From: Ramazzottius varieornatus
Lineage: Eukaryota; Animalia; Tardigrada
Assembly: GCA_001949185.1 (NCBI GenBank)
Contig: BDGG01000002.1
Location: 1,209,481-1,273,480 of the forward strand
Direction of reading: 5' to 3'
Length of the DNA stretch: 64,000 nucleotides
How positions within the stretch are numbered: the first letter of the stretch is position 1; every line of letters starts with the position of its first letter. The translations under genes and the position numbers were made by a program. Shown piece after piece: positions 31,217-44,219 of this stretch. Under the pieces are notes generated by a model, which saw only the letters and a list, made by a program, of their open reading frames with translations, was not told the origin of the DNA and did no database searches.

Positions 31217-34200
31217 ATGGCCGGGATGAAGAGTCGGTTAATATCATTCATCTTGCTCGTGTATTTTTCGAAGCTAATCGGCGGGGAATTAGTAAAAAAT
31301 TCCGCCTCGCAGAACGGAACCTTTTTGGATTCATTCGAACCAGTTGCTTTTCGTTCCTTGTTTTCAAGACGACCACAGCAGTTTCTGAGACGCATTTCCG
31401 ACTCTTCCTCGGAGAACTTGCTCGTCCAGATGCCACTGGGGCTAAACTGCACTGCTGATGATAATGGCGCCAAAGGTTATTGCGTCGATCTGGGCCAAAC
31501 CGCTTCGCGCTGCTACGACCGCGATGTCGTCGATTCGGCGGACTGCGACCCAGCCACGCATGTCTGCTGTACGGAACGACGAGCCATCACAGTGGACGAC
31601 GTCCCTTGTGGACTCCTCGGACTGTCCATTCGTAGTCCACGAAGACCCCGACTTCCGAACGATCCAATGGTCAACGAAGTCTGCTGGATGGCCTCACTCA
31701 TGGGCATTCTAAAGTCTAACGGAATGAACCAACACGTTTGTGACGCGGTGATTTTCAACTCGACACATGTCATGACGCCGGCCGAGTGTTTATTGAGAGT
31801 GAAGAAAGATTTGGCAAAGTATAAACGTGTGCTGGCCATGGTCGGAAAACCCGTGCATGTCTTCAGGCAGTCGCTGGACTTCTCTCAGCCGCGGTGCGGG
31901 CAAGAATACGCGGTACTGATTGGAGGTGAGGTATTCAGAGCAGATGGTGCTATGCTCGGACGCATTACGAAGAAAGGCTATGTGTTTCTGCAAGTGGACG
32001 GGAATATTCTCAAGGACCGTTGCACGTGTCGCGTCTGTCTGCCGACGTATGGCGACCTTGCAGGCTTGACAACGTCATCGCGCTGTTATGCCTCGGGTTT
32101 TGTACCAACGGACAGTGGAGGTACGTAGCCTACGTGAGACATCATCTGGAAGCTCGATACTCCAACTGAACAAAAGAGTTTCCCAAGTGGTGCGAATTCG
32201 CAGTGTTTTAGGCTGGAAGCATGCGCCGCTGGGAAAGTCTATCTCGTTAGTGTCGGTTATTTTACCAAGTGGCGTATAATGAGGGTGATAAGTGGGTCCG
32301 GCAAAGGGGATGATCTTCTCTAGTTTGACTACCGTGCTCCTTCATGGTCTTACCCGGAACTCATACGATTTTTCTGCACTCGTAGAGAGGAAGAAAGGGG
32401 TGAAAGATCGCAGCAGCGCCCTGCTGACACTGGATACATTCCGAACCAATCTGGTTTCTCCATCGGCGTGTCGAATATTGCTCGCGCCGCAGAAATTGCA
32501 AGAAGAGCAAACGGAAAAAATCATCTCCACCCTCCTTTGCAGTGTCGCACCTACCTTGGGATACGGACGGTGTCTTGGGGTGATGGGTGACGGGCTGACC
32601 TGCGTTGGGGAGCACGGTCACCATTTCCTGGTCGGCCTGTCCATCCAGCCGCAAGACTGCTACTCGGCACCACGGTTATTTCGCAACGTCATCGGATGCC
32701 ATGACGGTATCGACGACCCAGACATGGCCTGTCCTCTTCCCCAGCTGACTCCGCCCGGTTTTGGAACGTGTGGAAGTCCTGGCAGTAACCATACCGATCC
32801 CTTTGGACTGGCCTTCCAGACCAGCATGGGCAAGGCCCAACGAGCCCTCAACGTGGGTCGCCGCATGCAGATGGTATCATCCTTCCCGGTTTCCGATGCA
32901 GCCTTGATGGGACGGTCGGCCTTTGCCGAATCACAAATTTCCAATCCCGGCCTGCATTTCCAGTATGACGCACTGGCAATCTGTTGGGAGGTGGCGGTGG
33001 TTGATCCGTCCCGTGGACATTGCAGTGGCGCTCTGATCTCATCGCGCCATGTCCTGACTGCAGCCCACTGCTTGACAGAGTTGGTATAAATTCCAGACCA
33101 CTGTATATTTACAGTAACGAATAACATACAGTCGTCGGGTACCAACAATTGAAGGTATACACAGGATGTCGACGCATTTCAGGGCCGATGGATCTATCAT
33201 GAGCCACCCGGAAGTTCTCCGAGTGTACATCGGCTTCGACAGCATACCTCGCGACTCGACGAAAGACTGCGAAGTAATCGCCACAGTGAAGAGCATTCGC
33301 GTCCACCCGCTGTATACCAAGCCCAGTGGTACGCGCTTCTACGATCTCAACGACATTGCTTTGATCGAACTGGACAGTCCACTCGATCTTCAGAACACCA
33401 AATGCATTTGCACCATCTGCCTGTCCAACGCCGAAACGCCTGTAGGTGGTGAACTGTGCACGTTGAGCGGTTACGGCTGCCCTACGCCCATCCTGGCCTC
33501 CGAGTCCTGCCCGGCTCCCAGGCCATGGGGCCTCACATGGTCCAACGTCGTCGTCCTGGGACCAAAAGTCTGCTCGGCCATTCCACACTTCACACCGGAA
33601 GCCATGATGTGTACGGTCTCTGATGGCGGTAAGAGACAGGTCGTTCGCCTCCTACATACGGTCGACGATTTGTTCCACAATATAGCGTGGTAAAACGCCG
33701 AGACTTAATAGATCTGTTTCGCAAGTCACGTTTCGGCTCTGAATAGAATAAAATTTCATGATTTTATACTGTGTCAATTTCTGTGCAGAAACCGTTTCTC
33801 ACTTCCGGCACAGAATATTAGCATAAAGGGATATTAGGCCGCGCGAGTTCAGCAGGGCATCGGAATTCGCGGGGCCTCTCATTTAGCCTCTACCGGATAA
33901 ATCCCGGACTTGTTTCGCATTTTTCTGGCGACAGTTTCGGGAAGACAATTATCTCTACCTAACTTCAATGCTAATTTCGGTCGAAAACAAGATGGATTTC
34001 GAGAAGGAACGAGAGTGGAAGTCAAGTGGCGCAATGTGGGAGAGGTGTGTAGCTCGGATCACTTGAAGCGCCAAGTCCAATTCGCTGATTGGTCTGATCA
34101 CGCTCCACTCCACCAAAATTTCAAATTTCGACCAAAGTGGTCAACAGTACAATCAACTCAGCTTGCACAGAATTTCAAATTCTGCGATATCAGGCAAAAC

Positions 34201-35227
34201 ATAAGCCGTGGATAACTGCACGGCATAAAACCTGTAATTATGCTGTGCAAGCCGAAAACATGACTTGCGAAACAGGTCCAATAACATCTGGCGTAACGAT
34301 AGGCTGGAAGAGTCAGATACACCCTGTCCCAGCCAACTTGCTACCACTCATAATATTGAGTTGTTCCCGACTCGATTGTTGTCCAACTTCCATACTATAT
34401 TTCTTTGGTTCACTATCCTATTTGCTATTTCACAAAAAATTATTAGCCGGAAATCGGTTTACAAAAAGTCGAATTCGACGCAAAACCAGAAACGGTGCGA
34501 GAAGAAAAAACTCAGAAATTTTGGAGTTTTCACGATCATTCTCAAAAATTTTTTTTTCAGTATGTGGCTGAACTCCTGAAGTTTTGTTACTGAAAATAAT
34601 TAGAAATAGGTCTGAGCTACCCAAGAAGGGGTCAAAAACGTGAATTTACCGTTCAGAACCATAGCTAGAATTTTCGCCGTAAAACGGTTTTCCCGGCACA
34701 CTAGCCAAATTTACCAGTTTCTATTCATTTGCCGAGCTAGTTCGGTATTCCTATGGCTTTTTTCGATCTTCCCAGACTGCTCAGATAGTTTTAGGCCTGT
34801 CTACATCAGATCGCGGATCGCAACCGATCGCTGATCTGATGTAGACGTCGTAGTTCGAGGTGGTAGCAAGTTGGCAGGGACAGGGTGTATTTGCGACAGG
34901 TTTAAGGAAGAATCCGAATCACTGTTTTAACGATTTCTTTTTTCCTTCATACGAGTGCGTCGAACAACATTTGGACCAAGTATGTTTTTCTTTTCTGTGG
35001 TAGGAGCCTCCGGATGTTACGGCGACAGTGGCGGACCGTTGGTTTGCTACGATCCGGCAAACCACCGGCATTACCTCGGCGGCGTCTTCAGTTTCATCTT
35101 ATCCACTACCGGAAGTGTTCCTCAACGTTGTCGTACGCAACCATTAGTTCCTAATTTCTATACCAAAGTACGCAATTATCTTCCATGGCTAATTGAAAAT
35201 GTCCCGGGACTGGAGATCAGCAGTTGA
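31217..35227 (+). CDS. Clip-domain protein with a degenerate protease-like domain followed by a protease domain with intact triad; exons 31217-32120, 32386-33079, 33165-33628, 35004-35227
   Basis: Signal peptide and six-Cys clip-like C..GYCV..C..C..VCC. First domain has TPAEC and GVMGDGL (no His/Ser). Second domain has TAAHC, NDIALI and GCYGDSGGP. Confidence 0.85.
34023..34236 (+). repeat. ~210-bp dispersed repeat, second copy at 53741-53951
   Basis: Shared CAAGTGGSGCA..GTCCAATTCGCTG..CCACCAAAATTTC..GGCATAAAACCTGTA. Confidence 0.8.
34320..34887. mobile_element. 568-bp MITE with 28-bp TIR and TA TSD
   Basis: TA|CACCCTGTCCCAGCCAACTTGCTACCAC ... GTGGTAGCAAGTTGGCAGGGACAGGGTG|TA. Confidence 0.88.
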
Positions 35228-35841
35228 GCAAAAAGGTGTTACGAAACGCAGCCGTGCTACCTTGCGGAAACAATGCATTCCTTAATCCGGACAAGCTTTG
35301 TCATTCAGTCGGAGCAGCCTCATTCGCTCGGTCATATAGGCCACGATTCATTGCATCCGTACGGGAAGAAAAATCCGAAGAAGCCGTTTGGACAGTTTCA
35401 TGGAAATCGCCGAAAATGGACTGCAAGTGACAGCCGGAAGTAAACCGAGAGCCTTATTGGCTTCATGGTTCCATTGTTACCAAGGCGTTTCTGTTCGAGA
35501 AGAGACTTGGGTAATCGACCAAAAGATACCAAACTTGACAATAAAGAAGTTTAGGCTTTGGCATAGTGTGTGAAGGACGGAAGGAATGTGTTTCACATGG
35601 AGCAGGACGGCACACCGGGCAAAAGAAAAAACGGAAATGAACAAACAACTAACGGCTTAAGTATAGACAAACCAGGAAAGCTGCTCTGCTTGTGTGGAAA
35701 TTCTTCTTCATGAGATCAGATTAACCGGAACCTCTCTTTCCGACACGGAAATGTGTTGAAGGGATAGTAAGAAAGTTGGTATGGAGTCCTTATGGTACAG
35801 TGGATAGAATCAGAGTGGAAGCCATTCTTTCGGTGTCAGCT

Positions 35842-37918
35842 TTACAAAGCGTACATCCGCATCTGTTCTTCCAAATCTTCGTTGTTCTGATCCCCAAACT
35901 TGTCTTTCTCCCGCTCCATCAGTTTGAAGATCTGCTCCAGTTGTTGTCTTCGGGTCCTGACATAAAAAGCAGACATGATTGAATCGATTGGACGTTCGTA
36001 AAAACATGCGGCAGTTTGGCATGCGAACCACGACGTTCGCTTTTCCGAGTGGCGCACGGTTGAAGGCAAAAAGACTGAGAATGTGCGCCACTTGGATAAC
36101 AATCTCGTTGTGTTTGTTTGGTAGTCTCCCATCTGATGATGCAAACAAATCCGGTGTTCCCTCGAAAGTTCTGCGCAGTCACATGACTGGCCCATAAATT
36201 AGGCCCCAGGTGATCGTGGTTCAGTCATCAAGGCCCGGGGATTATTTCATGGGCCCGTCATGTGACAGGCTCATAAAATACCCAGAACGTTCGAGGGAAC
36301 ACAGTATGTGGAAGAATACGTACTCGACTTCTTGTAAACGCTGTTTCTCGCTCAAACCTTTCTCCATTTCGCGGGTGGTGATTTTATTCTCAATCTTCTT
36401 CAGCTCGCCTGGAATATGCATGGCGAACTCCAACGGGTCTCGGCCCTTGGCCTTTTTGGAAGTACCGGTCAAAGCTGGCATGTCGTCCATGTAGTCAGCA
36501 TCCTCTTCCTCCGCACTGTCATGGTTGAGGTTGTTACCAATCACCTCGAGCTTTTCCCCACCCCGTTCGCGAATGCTTTTCTTAATCTGTAAAAGAACAC
36601 CCTTAATGCTGTAATACTTCATGAACTTCGCGAAACACGTCATCATACGCGCGAAACATCCCTTAGGGGTTGGTGGGGCAAAATTTTCGGACCGGGGTTC
36701 AACTGTACGCGTATGATGACGTGCTTCGCGAAGTTCATGAAGCACTACAGTATAATTTGAGTCCCATTTCCGTGCTGATACAAGGTTCGAGAAAAAAAGA
36801 ATCGATCTTCCGCCCGCCGGTACATGGTTTCACCCAGATCTTCATCCCAAGTGGGGCGGTTTTCATTGTTGATGGCTAGGAGTATGTGCCACAAGGGAAA
36901 GCTATCTTGCTGAGTTTCACGTGGCGCATGCTTCCAGCCAATCACGGTATAAAAGTGCGGCGCACGGAAAGATGTCCGACTAAAGTAACTGACTTCGTTG
37001 CCGACGCTCCAAATATCCCTAGCGAGGATATTTGAAACGGAAAACCCTGTGGGGGGAGTGCACCAGAAAGCGAGGCGGTGTGGGAAAGCGTAACAAAGTG
37101 GCATGCATGCAGGCAGGGAAGCAGCGGATTTCCTGACCTGATGAGCCAACTCTGCCATGGTGTTCCTCTCATCCCCACCATCCTTAGCCAAAGACTCCAT
37201 GATGGGGAAGGCCGTAGCGAGCTGATGATAATCGCGACCGTCAACGTTGCCAGTATCAAGCAAGGGACCGAACAGGTGATTGAAGGGGCAATTAGCCGGA
37301 CCAGCAACATGTTGTGGACGGGAAAGCGAGCTGTCTTCATTGTTTACCTTCTTCGCGTTAGTCTTATCGCCTTTCTTATCCTTCTTGCCCATTTTATCCT
37401 CCAGTTTCAGGTCCAGGCGTTTCATCCACTGGTCCGTAATGCGATCCATGTCGACATTGTCTTCTTCGTTACCGTCCTCGTACATGCGTCGTCCCTCGAG
37501 ACGACGCTTCCGTAGGAGATAAACGGAGCCCACAATCCCAGCCAGCAGAGTCACGACGATAATTGAGATGTTTGTCGATGTCAAGTACATTCGGTTCGGT
37601 CGATAATAACGGACGTAGAGCCAGCTTGCCCACGAACTATACTCCCGAAAAATGTCCGAAGCCTGCAATGCAAGAAGAGAATAAGTGCAACAGCGTACAT
37701 ACCGTAGAGAAATACCGAAGAGAGTTGACCGTTGCTCAACCAGATCGTCCTTTCATTTGAAGTCGCCCAGTTATCCCCAAGGCTGACGCCAACATGTTCA
37801 GCCGAAAAGCACTGTTCGTTTTCCGAAAGACTGCGCATTATCCGAAGTCGTCATTCACTAGGTCACCGATAGCGATAAAATATAGGTATACTCCTACCAT
37901 TCTTTTGATGTCTTCCAT
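35842..37918 (-). CDS. MXRA7-like single-pass membrane protein; exons 37918-37898, 37662-37138, 36586-36324, 35956-35842
   Basis: N-terminal TM IIVVTLLAGIVGSVYLLRKRR and an acidic linker. The C-terminal LSEKQRLQEVETRRQQLEQIFKLMEREKDKFGDQNNEDLEEQMRMYAL resembles the MXRA7 helical C-terminus (recognised from memory). Confidence 0.75.
36154..36306. mobile_element. ~150-bp MITE family; copies at 57255-57393 and partial 13403-13447
   Basis: TTCCCTCGAAAGTT..CAGTCACATGAC ... GTCATGTGAC..TCGAGGGAAYACAGTA shared between copies. Confidence 0.75.
36609..36750. mobile_element. Palindromic MITE with ~43-bp arms; related sequence lies inside the hAT-type elements (~52630-52770, ~54780-54890)
   Basis: CTGTAATACTTCATGAACTTCGCGAAACACGTCATCATACGCG and its near-perfect reverse complement. 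Confidence 0.8.
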
Positions 37919-40900
37919 CTTTTTCACTTTGCGCCCAACCAGCCTCGAGACAACGTCGGAGGGTAACAACGCCGTTTCCGAAAGAGTTTTCTCGCTATCG
38001 TCCGGCTAAAAAGAAACGGAATAATATCATCCGGAGTAAGGGTCAATATTACCCAACATGTTCAAATCCAATAAATAATATCGAAACAATTTTTCGCACG
38101 GAATGTTCCGGTCTTGCTGCGACGCTTCCGATGTAACACACGGAAATAACAAGAGCTTACTGGTTCAAAGAAAACCTAGGTCGGTGTTGAGAAGAGGATG
38201 CCACGGATCGATGATCGGCACTTGTCCCTTGAACGCTCGTGTTCAACGATGGGGCAGAGAGACCTGTGTTCCACCAATTTTCACAATCCACAGTATGATG
38301 ACTGCCAGATGCTGCGGGACTTACGAGCTTCTTGTTGTGGATCAAGGATCGATTCCAGTAATCACACTACATTCATCCCTTACGAGCGATCGATTCTATA
38401 GGTAAAGCGCCCACAAAGATCAGTAGAGTCAAAAAATCTGGAATTTCGAGATGTTGCACGGCGCTGTATACCGTACGGTACGTACCTTAGAGTTCGATTA
38501 TCGAGTGTCATATGCATCCCGCTAGATGGCGCTGCAGCATTTCGTTCTTCGTTGACTATCGAGGAGCTCTCTGGCTCTTGGACGCCTTTCCTACTATAGA
38601 TAGACCAAAATATTTCTTGTTAAAGCGTTAAAGTAAAAACTCGACCCCAGAGGAACCTTAAGAGCACATACGCAGCGTCGTGATCACTGAGCTGGAGTAC
38701 CCGCATGCCATGGTAAACTGCTTCCTGTAAAACATCGGAGGAAAACAACCAACACAAATTACTGTATGTACCGACATGTTTTTTTAACTAACCCGTGGAA
38801 TTGTGGACTCACAGATAAATATATTGAGGCACTTGGTCTTTGTTGGAGCCGGTTGCGTTTCCGTACTGCAGAGAATAACCTGTCGCTTTGTTTCGGTCTC
38901 GACGCAGGAACAGTCCAGGGTTAGCGTCTTGACCTTCCCCTAGTAGGGATCCCAGTCAACCAGAGCTTCGCCGGCCACTTTGAAGTTGTACACACCAGTA
39001 GAACAGATTTCAGGAAGTCTCTCCGTGACACCCAAGACTCTCCACCACAACCATAAACGGCCTTTATCAGATCCGCAACCTTGTCCGCCGGACACTTATC
39101 TTAACACCTCACATACCCTCTGCTTCTCATCGCTCTTCTATAGTTATGTCGAAATCTCCAGATTACGTGATACGAGTAGTCTACTTTCCAAACAGCCGTC
39201 AAGTGGCGAATATCTCGTGTTTCCACGCTTTAAAAGTCGCCTGATTTCGAAAAACCTTTTCCACTGTCCACAGGTCCCGCGTCGCGACAGAATGTGGATA
39301 AATTTTTATTTAGACAGGGGATGACGCTTTTGCCGTATCCGAACAGCTTTTGGAAAGTTCCGCTAGATGTCGGACCTTCATAAACGAAGGTCAGGAACTT
39401 CATCAGAGAATTCAAACCCAACGAGGCTATCAAGCGGTGTCCAACTCTGACGCCGCTGGATGCGCAGCCGCCTCTCCAGCATTAATCACGAGCGGTTCCA
39501 TCGCTCAAAACCTTGGTGCTCACTCTTTTTCCTCTACCTCACCTCGAGCGAAGGATAGTTCCTTCCTGGAGAGTACGTCAAACGACGATAGATGCCGCAA
39601 AAGCAACAACCCTTCCGTGAAAGAACCAGATCTGCCAGACAAACACCGATTAAGCGATGGAAAAAAAGGCCTGGTCCGTAGTTTCTACTGGACCGTAATC
39701 TTTTGTCGCGCGTGTACGTGTTAATAGGCTGCTTGCGATTTCTCAGGGGGGCTCCGCACCGAAAACGAAATCGCACAGAAATGGAAATAGAAAATCGAAT
39801 CGACCCGCCCTCGAGCCAATCAGGCGCGACTTCTTGTCATTTCGATGCGATTTCGAATTTTCGTGCGTTTCCGCTCCCATCAAATTTTCGGAATTTCGAT
39901 GGGACCCCAAAATCGGACTTGCTTGGGGTCTTCGCCTCGAACATCAATTCCATTTTACGCTGAATCAGCTGATTGCTCGTAAGTATATGTTTACTTTATC
40001 TGTTCGATGTGGTTGCTTTAGGGACCTCACGAATCCCCCATCCACTGCTGCCAGTCCTTGCCATTAGAACAGACTGTCCTTCCAGCCACGAATGTAAAGT
40101 TCCGCAGTACACCACGTCAAGATCCGCGACCACCTGGGCCTCTATCCACTTTCTCGAAACTGAGCGACCAGGACCGGTCCGACTGGTTGCTACGGCGGCT
40201 CTGCATGCATCTGTAAATTAAATAAACTGTACCACTTTTACGCTCCACTGTGAAACTATCTTTTGTTTGTTCGCAGACAGACATTGTCATATTTGCCACT
40301 TGTAATTTGTAATATATAAGGAACATTTGCGGGTCACCTGCTCTGTTTCGCCCCACATGACTCTGCTGCTTCTACCTTCTGATTCGTCGAACAAATTTTG
40401 AGAAGAGGAGGAATGCGGGCGAGAGACTTATGCCTTGTGATATCTTTTCTACATTGTTTTTTCGTAATCGGCGAAGTTGCAGGCACTGACGATGTGGTGG
40501 ATGTGCGAGACGCTTTCCCACCGGGATGGAATCATTCTTGTTATCGGTGCAAATTACCGGAGGATGGTCAAGATTGCTTATCGGACGAACCTAGCCTTCT
40601 GGCGAAATTCATAGGCAATTGTTCAGGCGACCACGCGGGCTCAAAGACCATTGTTGCTTTCTGCATGATGTTTCTGCCAAAGGATCGCACTCCTGGGAAA
40701 AGTGGTAAGCGCTAGTGTTCACGTAAACTCGGTTTATTAACACTTTAAGCACGATCGTTTTCATGTTTGCAGAATACTACCGTCCTCTTTGTGTATACAG
40801 GAATTTTATTGGCTGGTACTGTGTTGCGGAGGCTGGTCTAACCAATAGGCAATTTTCGAAATTTAAAAATTCGGATAATTGGCAGGCCATGAACGCCAAA

Positions 40901-42749
40901 TCTCAAAAGGGAGAACTGGTCGTCTTGATTTTCTTCTGACCGCACTGATGACTACAAAATTTATCCCAGGCTCGACTTCGATAGATGAGACTGTCCCCAG
41001 TGCTCCAGTGTTTTTCTGAGCGAATACCGTGCACGTGTCTCGCGCGAAGAGACGAAACACCAAATTTCACCAAAACCACCCGAAACCATAGAAGAAATTT
41101 CCAGCGCGCTGGGGTTTTGCTGGTCATCAGTGTTGCTTTGGTGAGAAGACCGAGGTACATGCAAACAAAAAGACCCAGACCCGAAAGACCAAAAGCTAAA
41201 ACTGGGAGGTGAATTAAACTGAGTGATTGTACACAAGAAGGACGGTCGTACGCGGAGTGTTAATGTTTCAGTTGTGCTTCTCCCGCCGACGTGATCAGAC
41301 TCACTTCTTTCAGATCACTTTAAACGCGATTGCGAGTATGCATTGGCTGGAACGGTCAACGACCCAGAAACCAACATATCGAATCCTGGACCGTATAGGT
41401 ACAGTTGCTGTTTGTTGTTGGTTGTCCTTGCAATATGTGACATATGCATGTGTTTAGGTATAACTGGAAAGCAACAACAGGTATCGTCGACTAGCCAATG
41501 CTGTGCTCACGTTGAATCATTAGCACGAGTTGTAACTCATACGGGAAGTAACATTCAGTGCATGCGCTGCTCGAGTCGCGCTCGGTTACAATAGCTTATT
41601 CGACTCGAGTGACTAGCGCAAGTGCGATTCGGCTCTGAGTTCGGTGAACGTGTCAGCGTTGTATTTGGTCTCCCAATTTTAGTTACAGCTTCACTGCAGA
41701 GTTCAGTCTCACGGTATACATTCAATTCGGACGATTCAGTTTAACTCCCGGATAATTTAGTTTTCCTCTCGCTCGAAGGCATTGTACTCCCTTGCTACCG
41801 TGGGAAAAAAGGCACGTTTTGCCAATAATTAGCCCTTTTGCGACGATAGTTCGACTATGATGACCTAATTTTACAGTCACAGGGATAAGCGGTGCTACGC
41901 TGTTTGAAGCCCTACTGCAATGGGTATTTGGCTGTGTTTCCGGTGCGCATTGCGCCGAATACGCCATGGCGTCGTCCGGTGTGATAGAGGTAAAGTTGTT
42001 CTGGTAGATCAGAGCAACTCGCACGGTTTTGTACGGATGCATTTCAAGTGCGGAGTTCTTCCTCGACTTGAGAAAAGAACGAGTTTGAGAAAAGCACGAG
42101 CTTTTCTCGAGGCGAGCCCTCGGTGCGGCAATGGGCCAATGGCCCACACAATGCTCGGACAGATTGCATCTTTGGTGAGAGCAGTGACAAGAAAATCACT
42201 TTCGCAGTGTTTGTAGTGAACTAGCGGTTTTCTGGCTGATCTGACCACACTTCACGTAATTGAACAACTAATTAGAAGTGGTGAGAGGAGCCCATTGACG
42301 GTGCATCAGTTAAGACCGGTAGTAAGATAAGCCGGTCGGTGGTGAGTGGAGCCCTCTCTAAATCCTAAATCCAGAGAGTGATATGTGGAGGCGGGGAGGG
42401 AAACCGAATTCCACGAGACTAAAACTAAAATGCGTGGACTGATATTGGAGATAAGTTCAGGTTTATACTCTGAAAAAAAAGAGCATGGGAAAGATGAAAC
42501 TCTATTGATTTAAATATGGTTCCAAAGTTTGTTATGGACAAAACTAAGCTCCATGTCACGAACGGGAAAAATGGCCATTTTTGGCCTAGTTTCTCACAGA
42601 GTAAACGATTCCTTCCAGGTCTGAAGTTTATACAGTAGACCATTGGTGATAGAGGTTTCTACATCAGCCGATTTGTTGCAAAACGCACGGGAAGTCCAGA
42701 AATCAATTCTTCCCCTAAAGTTGCTGAGTCAGCTTGTGACATCTCACTT

Positions 42750-43337
42750 CCGTCTACCATTGACGACAAAAACATTAAAACATGCCCAATCAAACGATCA
42801 AGAGAAGAGCACATGACCACAGGGCGGTACAATCAGAAGCGTTGATTTGACTTTACTGAAATCACAGCCGGAATCACAAGCCTCCCCAATCCACATCACC
42901 AGTTGGTTCGCAAACCGTTATTGAGCAACAAATGTTCTAATCGCTTTTCCATGGTACTGTACAGCTTCCTACACAGCTCAGGAGTTACGGGTTTCTCCCA
43001 CGCTTCATACAGTAAGAAGATTCAGTGCCCAGCTCCGAGATCGTCCGAAATACTGCCCGATCTTTGCCCAGATTACGTTCTCATCTCTCATTCTCCTTAC
43101 GGCGCTCACTACAGGCTTACTGGTTCTTTTCCCGCGTCCCATCCTGAAATTCAGACCACAAAGCATTCAAAGAGGTACAGTTCGAGATTTAAAGAGAAAA
43201 ATTTGCTGCAAGCTGAACACCTAGCTTCACCCGGAGTCAAATCAAGGCTTCTGATTGTACCGCCCTGTGGTCATGTGCTCTTCTCTTGATCGTTTGATTG
43301 GGCATGTTTTAATGTTTTTGTCGTCAATGGTAGACGG
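42750..43337. mobile_element. Element or inversion bounded by ~103-bp near-perfect inverted repeats
   Basis: CCGTCTACCATTGACGAC..GATTTGACT (42750-42852) versus its reverse complement at 43235-43337, one mismatch seen. No TSD. Confidence 0.8.
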
Positions 43338-43787
43338 CGGGCCGTACGAGTTCGTACAAGACCAGCACTCCCAAAATAAAGTGCGATTATGGCAATCCAT
43401 ACGCGTGAAAATTTCCGATCATGCTTCTGAACTATCAATACACTATGTGGCTAATTGAATTACCAGACTGCTTTCAACGAGCGATCCCACCATGATTTTG
43501 GCTTTTGGTGAAAACCAGAGATTAACTGTGCCGTCACTAGCCCCACCTACGGTCGGTTTTGCCGACCCCAATTTCGGGTTTTCATCCCACAAAGCTCACG
43601 TGACTCGCTCGATGGCACCTTCAAGGAATACCTCTGCCTTTCGATTCTGATGGAAAAGTTGGGTATCACTAATGGTTTCTATAGACGAAAAGAGTTCGAA
43701 GTCGATCAGACATCTCTGGAAGACACCAGGCCAATAAAGGGCGTTTTTCCCGTTCGTGACATGGACAGCGTTGTTTCAATACTAGTC

Positions 43788-43925
43788 ACTAGTGCTGGCA
43801 ATGATACAGTATACCGATATCGTATCGAAAATATCGATATGAAACTCGTATCGTATACTGCAATAAAATATTCGGCGATATCTTATCGCGCCATATTAAA
43901 ATATTCTCGATATATCGGTATTTTG
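43788..43925. repeat. GATATC/GTATCG-rich terminal fragment of a TIR element
   Basis: TAGTGCTGGC start followed by repeated CGATAT/TATCG motifs. Confidence 0.45.
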
Positions 43926-44219
43926 CTGAACTACAAACTCGCCAGTCATATCTCGTTTACGGAAGACCATGGTTGATTTTGCGAGAGCTCCGCCGAAAAG
44001 GCTGGCCTTTCAGCGGAGCTTTAGAACAAATCATAGACAACTCGAGTCATCGTAGAAAGCTGTTCAGGCATTCTAAAGCCCTTAAATTGGGGCAAACTAT
44101 GGCAAGCCTGAGCTTATGGCGGCAGATCAAAGAAAAGTTTCTTGGCACCGAAAGTGGTTTCTACCATTATCAATTGTATTGATCGAAACAACACATGGAC
44201 CTCTGGTTGTAGACGCTAA

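Noticed and set aside
36242-36745. ORF-track N-terminal extension of the MXRA7-like exon
   Set aside because: The portion 36587-36745 is intronic and is mostly the palindromic MITE.
40890-41145. Frame with several TGA codons near Cys residues, as a selenoprotein
   Set aside because: Not in frame with the upstream exons, no SECIS recognised, and probably intronic.
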